DNA of 64,000 nucleotides from Chitinivibrionales bacterium. Lineage in GTDB: Bacteria > Fibrobacterota > Chitinivibrionia > Chitinivibrionales > WJKA01. This document shows, piece by piece, positions 49,003 through 57,000 of the stretch. Position numbers and translations under genes: made by a program. Numbering within the stretch: position 1 is the first letter of the stretch; every line of letters begins with the position of its first letter. Below the pieces are notes generated by a model that worked only from the letters and a program-made list of their open reading frames with translations, did no database searches and was not told the DNA's origin. Where the stretch lies: the NCBI GenBank assembly GCA_038247415.1, contig JBBRUX010000005.1, positions 1 through 64,000 of the forward strand, in the 5' to 3' direction.

Positions 49003-51636
49003 ATGACAAACAAAAATACACATAAAACTGCTCCAAAAGGCATACCCTTGCACAGCGAAGTTGATCCCGCAGGGGTTGTTGAAGCCCTGGTAAACCGCGT
49101 TAAAGCAGCCCAGGAAGTATACGCACAGTTTACACAGGAACACGTCGATCGAATTTTTGAACTGGCTGCCATCGCGGCAAATAAACAACGTATAAGCCTT
49201 GCGAAAGCAGCAAAAGAAGAAACGGGAATGGGTCTGGTGGAAGACAAAATCACTAAAAATCATTTTGCCTCCGAATACATTTACAATAAATATCGCGACA
49301 TGAAGACTTGCGGAACCATCGATCGCGATGATGCAGCCGGTATCATTAAAGTTGCCGAACCCCTTGGTATTATAGCTGGGGTTATTCCCGTAACTAATCC
49401 CACAAGTACAGCAATCTTCAAATCGTTGCTGGCCCTCAAAACAAGGAACGGTATCATTTTTTCGCCTCATCCTCGCGCAAAGAACTGCACTATTGCCGCT
49501 GCAAAAGTAGTACTTGACGCAGCGATACAAGGTGGAGCTCCCCGGGATATTATCGCCTGGATCGATGAACCCACTCTCGAAAGCAGCAACGCTCTTATGC
49601 AGCATCCTGGTATTGCAACCATTCTGGCAACAGGCGGTCCAGGAATGGTTAAAGCTGCATATAGCTCGGGAAAACCAGCACTGGGAGTAGGCGCTGGCAA
49701 TACCCCGGCAGTAATAGATGAAACAGCTGATATTCGCATGGCCATCAGCAGTATCCTTATTAGCAAAACATTTGATAATGGCATGATCTGCGCCTCGGAA
49801 CAGGCACTCGTTGTTGTTGACAGCGTATACGAATCTGTCAAAGAGCATCTGATTGCAGCACGGTGCATGATTCTGAATAAAGATCAACGAGATGCAGTTG
49901 GTAAAACAATAATCATACATGGACGTCTCAATGCAGAAATTGTAGGCCAACCAGCCTCTGTTATTGCACACATGGCTGGAATAGAAATCGCTGCCGAGAC
50001 CAAGGTTCTTGTTGGTGAAGTAACGCGCGTTGCAATGGACGAACCATTTGCCCACGAAAAACTTTCGCCAGTTCTTGGGCTTTTTAAAGCAAAGGATTTT
50101 GCCAATGCGCTTGATATAGCAAGCGCACTCCTTACCATGGGTGGAATGGGTCATACAAGCGTGCTGTATACAAACCAGAATAATGTCGAACGGATAAAAA
50201 CCTTTGGAGAACGCATGAAAACTGGCCGTACACTTATCAATATGCCTGCAAGCCAAGGAGCAATAGGGGATCTTTACAACTTTAGCCTTTGCCCATCGCT
50301 GACGTTGGGATGCGGTAGTTGGGGAGGAAATTCTGTGAGCGAAAATCTAACACCAGAACATCTGCTCAATATCAAAACTGTTGCAATGCGCAAAGAGAAT
50401 CTGCTCTGGTTCAAAGTCCCTGAAAAAGTTTACTTTAAAAGAGGTAGCCTCGAACACGCTCTCAACGATCTTGCTGGCAAAAAAAAGGCATTTATTGTTA
50501 CTGATAGGTTTCTTTTCGATAATGGCCTTTTAGCTCCGCTTATTGAGAAACTGGGCCGTTTAGGTATTTTGTTTGATGTTTTTGCCGATGTAGAACCCGA
50601 CCCAACCATTGCTACTGCTCGTAAAGGAGTTCACGAAATGGCGGGGTTTAAGCCCGATGTAATTATTGCCATTGGTGGTGGTTCGCCCATGGACGCTGCA
50701 AAAATTATGTGGCTCCTCTATGAGCATCCGGAAGCAGATTTCGAAAATCTTGCCATGCGCTTTATGGATATTCGCAAAAGAGTGTACACCTTTCCAAAAC
50801 TTGGAAGGTTAGCAAGCTTTGTAGCAATTCCAACCACCTCGGGAACTGGATCGGAAGTAACTCCCTTTGCTGTAATAACTGATGAAAAAACAGGTATGAA
50901 ATATCCCATTGCAGACTATGAACTTACTCCCGACATTGCTATTATTGATGCAGATCTGGCTGCACGCATGCCAAAAAACCTAACTGCCTATTCGGGGATC
51001 GATGCGCTGACTCATGCACTCGAAGCTATGGTAAGCGTGGTTGCAACCGAGTTTACAACACCGTATGCACTGGAAGCCACTCGCCTGATTTTCGAATACC
51101 TGCCTAAAGCATACGCTCTGGGCGAAGCTGATATGGACGCGCGCGAAAAAGTGCATCATGCATCTGCTATGGCAGGAATGGCTTTTGCCAATGCTTTTTT
51201 GGGGGCATGTCATTCGATGGCGCACAAACTTGGCGCATACTTTCACCTTCCTCACGGACTAGCAAACGCATTGTTAATCGAAGAGGTAATGCACTACAAC
51301 GCAGCAATTAGTCCAACCAAACAAGGTGTTTTTCCTCAGTATACCCACCCGCAAGCTCTGGAACGCTATGCCCGTATGGCAGATTATTGTGGACTTGGTG
51401 GAACAGACCCAATAGATAAATGCGAACGCCTTATTGCAAAGGTTGCCGCCCTCAAGGAAGAACTCGGCATTCCAAAAAGTATTGCTGAGGCTGGAATCGA
51501 TAAAAATGCTTTTATGGCCAAGCTAGACGAAATGGTAGAGGCTGCGTATGATGACCAGTGTACCGGTGCAAATCCACGCATACCAATGATGAGCGAAATG
51601 AAAGAACTCTATTTACAAGCGTATAGTCAGAAGTAG
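49003..51636 (+). CDS. adhE: Bifunctional acetaldehyde-CoA/alcohol dehydrogenase
   Basis: EDKITKNHFASE, TNPTST, GVGAGN, FDNGMICASE, GCGSWGGNS, GGGSPMDAAK, HSMAHKLG; AAGGAG RBS. Confidence 0.97.
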   Translation: MTNKNTHKTAPKGIPLHSEVDPAGVVEALVNRVKAAQEVYAQFTQEHVDRIFELAAIAANKQRISLAKAAKEETGMGLVEDKITKNHFASEYIYNKYRDMKTCGTIDRDDAAGIIKVAEPLGIIAGVIPVTNPTSTAIFKSLLALKTRNGIIFSPHPRAKNCTIAAAKVVLDAAIQGGAPRDIIAWIDEPTLESSNALMQHPGIATILATGGPGMVKAAYSSGKPALGVGAGNTPAVIDETADIRMAISSILISKTFDNGMICASEQALVVVDSVYESVKEHLIAARCMILNKDQRDAVGKTIIIHGRLNAEIVGQPASVIAHMAGIEIAAETKVLVGEVTRVAMDEPFAHEKLSPVLGLFKAKDFANALDIASALLTMGGMGHTSVLYTNQNNVERIKTFGERMKTGRTLINMPASQGAIGDLYNFSLCPSLTLGCGSWGGNSVSENLTPEHLLNIKTVAMRKENLLWFKVPEKVYFKRGSLEHALNDLAGKKKAFIVTDRFLFDNGLLAPLIEKLGRLGILFDVFADVEPDPTIATARKGVHEMAGFKPDVIIAIGGGSPMDAAKIMWLLYEHPEADFENLAMRFMDIRKRVYTFPKLGRLASFVAIPTTSGTGSEVTPFAVITDEKTGMKYPIADYELTPDIAIIDADLAARMPKNLTAYSGIDALTHALEAMVSVVATEFTTPYALEATRLIFEYLPKAYALGEADMDAREKVHHASAMAGMAFANAFLGACHSMAHKLGAYFHLPHGLANALLIEEVMHYNAAISPTKQGVFPQYTHPQALERYARMADYCGLGGTDPIDKCERLIAKVAALKEELGIPKSIAEAGIDKNAFMAKLDEMVEAAYDDQCTGANPRIPMMSEMKELYLQAYSQK

Positions 51637-51670
51637 TGATAATTGTCAAAAAAAGAAATGTGTGTTTAAA

Positions 51671-51705
51671 AAAAAGGGAAAGACAAGAATTGTCTTTCCC
51701 TTTTT
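51671..51705. terminator. Bidirectional terminator between adhE and the convergent signalling operon
   Basis: AAAAAGGGAAAGACAA-GAA-TTGTCTTTCCCTTTTT. Confidence 0.88.
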
Positions 51706-51779
51706 AAAAACCTTAGCGCCATAATTTTATGCAGTATCTGGCAATATTTCAGGTAACAAGAAGCTAACCGAGCACATTC

Positions 51780-52454
51780 TCAGATTTCCCCAATCATAAG
51801 CCCCTTCATCAATTGTAAATATTCTTCTCTCTTGCCATCAAAGTCGACCGGCTTTTGAAAGAACTCAAAAAACCTGCTATGGCGCAATGTCCGATAGAGA
51901 AGATTATTATCGTGCTCGGGATTACCCGTGATGAGAATGAAACGGATATTAGGACGGATTTTATGAACTTCATCGCAGAGCTCATTTCCTCGCATGCCAG
52001 GCATAACTTCATCGGTTATTACAAGTCGCACTTCTGGAGTAACTTTAATGAATTCTAAAGCTTCGAGAGGATCTAAGAATGTTTTTAAATTAAGATCTTT
52101 TGCAAACTTTCGCCTAAAAATAAAGAGATTTTGTTCCTCGTCATCAACATACAGCGCTAGGGGGTTTTCTGTGGGAGAAGGCCCTATTTTTTGTCGTATG
52201 CGGTCAAAAACGAGACCTATTGTTGCATCGTTAAATATTTGAGGCACACAATAGGGCTCTAAATCCAAGCGGCGTCCATCAAAGCGGACTTCAAGCTCAC
52301 GTGCAAATTCAGAAAACGACAAGATGTCAAAGCCATATGCCGTTAGCTTACTATCCTTGTGCAACTCGGAATCGAGCGATTTCAGGTCTTCGTAATCCCC
52401 ACAGATTGTGTCAACCGCAGATTTAATAACTTCGTAGAGGTCAGTGTCTCTCAT
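51780..52454 (-). CDS. Carrier-protein-like domain fused to a receiver (REC) domain
   Basis: N-terminal DSKLTAYGFDILSFSEFARELEVRF resembles an ACP but has Ile at the Ppant-Ser position; REC LYVDDE, ITDEVMP, LITG, QKP; ATGA overlap with the upstream gene. Confidence 0.75.
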   Translation of the reverse strand: MRDTDLYEVIKSAVDTICGDYEDLKSLDSELHKDSKLTAYGFDILSFSEFARELEVRFDGRRLDLEPYCVPQIFNDATIGLVFDRIRQKIGPSPTENPLALYVDDEEQNLFIFRRKFAKDLNLKTFLDPLEALEFIKVTPEVRLVITDEVMPGMRGNELCDEVHKIRPNIRFILITGNPEHDNNLLYRTLRHSRFFEFFQKPVDFDGKREEYLQLMKGLMIGEI

Positions 52455-53641
52455 AGTGAACGCAAGCCTTTCGGAAATTGCGATGTAATATTGAGCATTT
52501 TGAGGGAATCGATAATCTGCTCTGCCATATATTCAATTTCTTCTTCTGTTATACCAAAATATATTGAAAACCGAGCCAAGCTCGTATTTTCGGGAACTGC
52601 AGGAGGTAAAAAAGCAGAAAAAAGTATTTTTCTTTTTTTAAGCTCGCTATATAATTGACACACCGATTCCACTCCTTTAAACATCAATGATACTATCTGA
52701 CATTTACTCGGACCGGTATCGACGCCTTTTTCATTGAGAAGCTTACGAAGAAGTGCTGCTCTGGCATGCATGGTTATTGCACGCTCTGGTTCGCGCATGA
52801 GAATTTCTAATGCCTTGCAATTTCCGGCAGACGTGGCAGGGGTTGGAGCAGAACTAAAAATAACCGATCGAAGCCGATAGGTTAAATAATGGGCGGTTTG
52901 GATATCTGCAATAATAAAGCCCCCATGACCGCCCAATCCCTTTGCAATACTTACCGTTCGCAAGGGAATGCGTGACGCAAGCCCTTGTTCAACAGCTAAT
53001 CCCCCACCTTTTTCTCCGCATAATCCAAATGAGTGCGCTTCGTCAACAACTAACAAACAGCCAGTTTCTTCGCATATATCCACATATTCATGCAAATTTG
53101 CAACGCTGCCGTTAGTACTATAATACGAATCGACGGCTACAATACCAGGACCAAATGTCTTGACAAATTGACGAAGAGATGCTATGTCATTATGTCGAAG
53201 GGGAATTATCCGACTTCCGGCAAAACGCGCGCCATCCCACAACGATGCATGCGCATAGATATCGAGGTACACGGGAATATCCGGGCTTGCAATTGCTTCT
53301 ATAAGCCCAACATTTGCAGTCCAGCCACAGGTAGTAAGCACAATACTTTCTGGGCCTTCTGCCTGAGCAGATTCAGCAATTTTACGCTGAAAATCGCCAT
53401 GAAAACCACTAAAACCACCATATACGACCGAGGCCATTGCACCAGAACCAGTGAGTTCGGTTGCTTTGTTACGTGCAAGCGTTACTTCTGGATGCGAAGA
53501 AAGTCTCAGGTAGTCATTATGATGACAAGCTATGAATCCGTCGCAATCTTCTGGTTGATCAAAAGGAAATGGATTGAGTGCAGCAAGGCGTCCCATTGTG
53601 GGGATCTTATGTTTTTCAAACCAAACGGGTAGCATCGCCAT
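52451..53641 (-). CDS. cqsA: CqsA/LqsA-like PLP-dependent autoinducer synthase (AONS family)
   Basis: NDYL, GWTANVGLI, VYLDIYAHASLWDGARFA, GPGIVAVDSYYSTNG, VDEAHSFG, SIAK (PLP Lys), IFSS; the GW-ANVGL, AH-SLW-GAR and GPG motifs match CqsA/LqsA better than BioF. Confidence 0.75.
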   Translation of the reverse strand: MAMLPVWFEKHKIPTMGRLAALNPFPFDQPEDCDGFIACHHNDYLRLSSHPEVTLARNKATELTGSGAMASVVYGGFSGFHGDFQRKIAESAQAEGPESIVLTTCGWTANVGLIEAIASPDIPVYLDIYAHASLWDGARFAGSRIIPLRHNDIASLRQFVKTFGPGIVAVDSYYSTNGSVANLHEYVDICEETGCLLVVDEAHSFGLCGEKGGGLAVEQGLASRIPLRTVSIAKGLGGHGGFIIADIQTAHYLTYRLRSVIFSSAPTPATSAGNCKALEILMREPERAITMHARAALLRKLLNEKGVDTGPSKCQIVSLMFKGVESVCQLYSELKKRKILFSAFLPPAVPENTSLARFSIYFGITEEEIEYMAEQIIDSLKMLNITSQFPKGLRSL

Positions 53642-53665
53642 CTCGTAATTCCCTTAAAAAAATGT

Positions 53666-54826
53666 TTATACTACTTCTTGAGAAGCAATTTCATAGGCTT
53701 CTACCATGCTGGTACACCCTTGACATCCAATACATCCAGCACTATTTCCAACACCAAAGGATAACCCCCGATGGTGCATTCGTCGAGCAGCCTCCAGATA
53801 CAGCGACACGAGATCATCGAGTGAATGTTTTAGGTAGCTTGGAACCATATTTACAAGATGATTGCTATGAGGACGTACCAAAAGCAGCGTTGTTAGTACC
53901 CCAATAGATGCAAATTCGTCGATGCTTTGTAGAACTTTTTCGTACTTTTCTCCAAAGCCCAGAATACACGTGGTGTTAACAGAATTTTTACCATACGCCG
54001 CAACCGCAGCTTCCCAATTTCTTATATAGTCATCGCGGGAACAGCGCGATTTTCCTGGACAGATTTCTTTGCGAATATCTTCATCGAGGATTTCGAGAAA
54101 AATCCCCAGCGAATCTGCATACTTGGCAGTTTCGGCAATGAGTGACAAATCTTTTACCGGTTCGTGCTGTATATGAACCGAAATGTTCACACGTTCCTTA
54201 ATTTTCTTTACTAAGTCAATAAGTTCACGTACCACGACATCATTATCGGCAAATGTACCAGAAGTAATAGTAAGTGATCGCACTCCCTGTTGCGATGCCA
54301 AAGCTACTGCTTCAACGAATTTATCGATATCTTGTTTGGCTGCCCATTCGTTTATTCCTTTGCCAACCGGCTCAAGTTCACAATAGCGACATTCAAGACC
54401 ATCGGCAAAATGTTTGCATTCGTGGGCATACACCGACACGGCAGTAGCGTAACAATGCGTGCTAATACCTATTTCCATCATTGGTGTACCATCTTTAAGC
54501 GTTGCCCGTAAAAACGAAGGAATCGTTCTGCTTTTAAGCACAGCACCATTTGTTGCCGTTATAATTTTTTTAAGAGAATCATATTCCGATTGGATTGCAT
54601 ATGCCCCAAGCCAATGATCGAGGCCATATATTGGCAAACTTATCATACTCGAAAATTCATTATCCACGGCAGATCGCATATGGAAAGTTTTGCCTTGTGG
54701 ACCCGCACCAGTTCCTTTGGAAATAAAACTGCTGAGGGGAACACCATTTACGGTGGGTGGCGCAATACCCCGAGATTGGAGCTCGAGACGGCGGCGAAAC
54801 TGTGTCATTTGTGGAGAGTTTTGCAT
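53666..54826 (-). CDS. Radical SAM protein, MSMEG_0568/biotin synthase-like
   Basis: LELQSRG, GAGP, non-canonical CKHFADGLECRYC (CX8CX2C), ITSGT, ICPGKS, C-terminal AGCIGCQGC. Confidence 0.78.
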   Translation of the reverse strand: MQNSPQMTQFRRRLELQSRGIAPPTVNGVPLSSFISKGTGAGPQGKTFHMRSAVDNEFSSMISLPIYGLDHWLGAYAIQSEYDSLKKIITATNGAVLKSRTIPSFLRATLKDGTPMMEIGISTHCYATAVSVYAHECKHFADGLECRYCELEPVGKGINEWAAKQDIDKFVEAVALASQQGVRSLTITSGTFADNDVVVRELIDLVKKIKERVNISVHIQHEPVKDLSLIAETAKYADSLGIFLEILDEDIRKEICPGKSRCSRDDYIRNWEAAVAAYGKNSVNTTCILGFGEKYEKVLQSIDEFASIGVLTTLLLVRPHSNHLVNMVPSYLKHSLDDLVSLYLEAARRMHHRGLSFGVGNSAGCIGCQGCTSMVEAYEIASQEVV

Positions 54827-54842
54827 TTTAAAATTCTTTATA

Positions 54843-56501
54843 TCATTTAAAAAGCGTAAGTGAATTGTTAATAAGTCTTTCTTTGATAACTTTACGACGT
54901 TTTTTTCCACTCGATGTCTTCTCGATACTCCCTTTTCCGCAAAAGTAAACATGCGTTAACAAAAGTGCAAAAGATCTGAATATTAAATCCTGAATTTCTT
55001 TACGACGTGCCACTGCATCCGCCGATTCGAGCGGTTTTGTTTCGATAAGCGCATGAAGCTCTGCAACACCCGTTTGAGCATTCTCTAGAGAAAGCACAAC
55101 AGTGCATCCACTGCGAACATTTTCCAAACTTTCGATACACTGCTCGATATCGTCTGGAACAATGTTGCGCCCGCCAATAATAATAAGATCGTCTTTACGG
55201 GAGTGGAAAAAAAGTTCTCCATCATAGGTAAATCCGATATCGTTAGTGCACAGCCAGCCATTTTTAAGTGCCTTTTGAGTCGCCTCCGGATTTTTTAAAT
55301 AACCGGATGTTAAACAAGGGCCTTTTACAAAAATCTCCCCTAAGGCTAAATCTGGCAAAACTTCACCCGCAGTGCTTCGAACTTCAAGCAAAGTACCCTT
55401 AAATGGTTCTCCTATAGAAACAATTTCTAGAGATTCCTTGTCGGATTCATCCGAGAGCGACAGCTTTTCAGATTCGTCTACCCTAACGCGTAGAACCGTT
55501 GCCCCGTCGCTTCGTTTGGTTGAAGTTGCGCCAAGCGCATTTTCGGCCATGCCATAGCCCACGTGAATATGGCGCGATTGCAATTTGTGTTTTGACAACA
55601 AATCTATTGCACGCCGTAAAACAATACCCGTTACTTTTTCTGCACCAAAATACAAATCGAGCCGACTCAAATCGAGAGTGTCTGCCGTGGAATGTCCTAA
55701 AAGCTTAATAGTATGGGCCATTGCCGCGTTGGTTGTAAAATTAAGTCCTGTTTTATGCTCAGCCAACAGCTTAAACCACCTAAGGGGGTTCATCATATAC
55801 CAACGAGGCGAAACAAGAATATTGTCAACACCCTTATATAAAGGAAGCAGAATCCCAATAAAAAGGCCCATGTCATGATTAAAGGGAAGCCAGGATGCAC
55901 AGTGTTTAAGCTCTATCCCCGATGCCAGCGTGTATTCGAACCCAAGCACATCTACTTGGTTTAAAACCATTTGATGAGTCACAATAACACCTTTAGGAAT
56001 TCCCGTGCTTCCCGAAGAATATTGAATAACTGCATACTCACTAGGCGATACGGCAACACGTTCCAGAAAAGGTTTTCCTGTATGTTCTTGCAAATCCTTG
56101 AGCGATATGGCCTGTTTACCGGTGAGCGTACACCATGCTGCGGCCATGGCTTTATCGTCGGCTGTTTCACAAATAATAGTTGCAAATGCGCAACTATGTT
56201 CCACTCTGCCAAGATACTGTTCATAATCTTCGGATAACCCCATTACGGGTCTTAGAGGCACAGCTACTGCACCTAAACGCCAAACAGCTAAAATAATCGT
56301 AACATATTCATGACGATTAGTTAGCAATATACCCACGGTGGATGATTTCCCAACGCCTATTTCTGCAAGGGCGGTAGCATACAAACCAGAAGATTCCCAA
56401 AGATTTGAAAGTTTAAATTCACTTTTCTCTTCTGGAAATTTCCAAACAGGATCATATTTCTGTATGTTTTTTTCTACACTAGCAAGCAATGTATCTTCCA
56501 T
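54843..56501 (-). CDS. Fatty acyl-AMP ligase (FAAL-like)
   Basis: IQYSSGSTGIPKGV, SWLPFNHDMGL, GYGMAEN, RKDDLIIIGGRNIVPDDIE, IEKTSSGK. Confidence 0.85.
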   Translation of the reverse strand: MEDTLLASVEKNIQKYDPVWKFPEEKSEFKLSNLWESSGLYATALAEIGVGKSSTVGILLTNRHEYVTIILAVWRLGAVAVPLRPVMGLSEDYEQYLGRVEHSCAFATIICETADDKAMAAAWCTLTGKQAISLKDLQEHTGKPFLERVAVSPSEYAVIQYSSGSTGIPKGVIVTHQMVLNQVDVLGFEYTLASGIELKHCASWLPFNHDMGLFIGILLPLYKGVDNILVSPRWYMMNPLRWFKLLAEHKTGLNFTTNAAMAHTIKLLGHSTADTLDLSRLDLYFGAEKVTGIVLRRAIDLLSKHKLQSRHIHVGYGMAENALGATSTKRSDGATVLRVRVDESEKLSLSDESDKESLEIVSIGEPFKGTLLEVRSTAGEVLPDLALGEIFVKGPCLTSGYLKNPEATQKALKNGWLCTNDIGFTYDGELFFHSRKDDLIIIGGRNIVPDDIEQCIESLENVRSGCTVVLSLENAQTGVAELHALIETKPLESADAVARRKEIQDLIFRSFALLLTHVYFCGKGSIEKTSSGKKRRKVIKERLINNSLTLFK

Positions 56502-56520
56502 GTAATTCCTTGGTAAATAT

Positions 56521-56769
56521 CTATGTATGAGCTGCGATAAATGTAGCCAGATCATTTAGTGTCCGTAGTTCCTTAATTACTGTAGCATTAGGAATCGCAA
56601 GCTTGAACTTTTCTTCTACGAGTGCTTGAAGCTGCATAAGCGTCATAGAATCAATCATACAATCTTCAATAAGATCTTTTCCTACAACATCCTTAGCTGG
56701 CTGGTCAAAGAGGTGGTGTTCATCACATAAATTAACAAGTGAGGTGAGTATCTGATCTTTATTTGCCAT
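56521..56769 (-). CDS. Acyl carrier protein
   Basis: 82 aa, DLIEDCMIDSMTLMQLQALVEEKF with the Ppant Ser, RTLNDLATFI; AAGGAG RBS. Confidence 0.88.
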   Translation of the reverse strand: MANKDQILTSLVNLCDEHHLFDQPAKDVVGKDLIEDCMIDSMTLMQLQALVEEKFKLAIPNATVIKELRTLNDLATFIAAHT

Positions 56770-56849
56770 TGCACTGCTCCTTAGGAAAAATATGGTTGAA
56801 TGCGCGGGAGATTAACTTTTAGTGAACGAAAATAGATTATTCCCTCTTG

Positions 56850-56878
56850 ATTATACGGGTTTTTGTTTTTTGAGTCAA
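56850..56878 (-). promoter_or_regulatory. Near-consensus sigma70 promoter of the ACP-FAAL-rSAM-cqsA-REC operon
   Basis: Minus strand TTGACT-17 bp-TATAAT. Confidence 0.8.
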
Positions 56879-56896
56879 TTTATAACTTATAATGTT

Positions 56897-56941
56897 TGCA
56901 CGCCATGCCTAAAAAGAAAGTTATCATGCATGCCATGATAA
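56897..56941. promoter_or_regulatory. Candidate regulator site upstream of that promoter
   Basis: Palindrome TTATCATG-N5-CATGATAA (56921-56941) and direct repeat TGCA(C/T)GCCATG at 56897 and 56927. Confidence 0.5.
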
Positions 56942-57000
56942 TGGATAACAAATTGATTTTGCTTAGAATGTCAGCTATTCAAGCGTCAACGATGGCCCAA

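Noticed and set aside
48895..50256. 453-aa antisense ORF
   Set aside because: Shadow of adhE on the opposite strand; no recognisable motifs.
52451..54826. Reading the PLP enzyme and radical SAM as biotin genes bioF and bioB
   Set aside because: No bioA or bioD nearby, the rSAM lacks the BioB CX3CX2C motif, and the PLP enzyme motifs and adjacent CqsS-like sensor favour a CqsA-like role. A sphingolipid-type role is not fully excluded.
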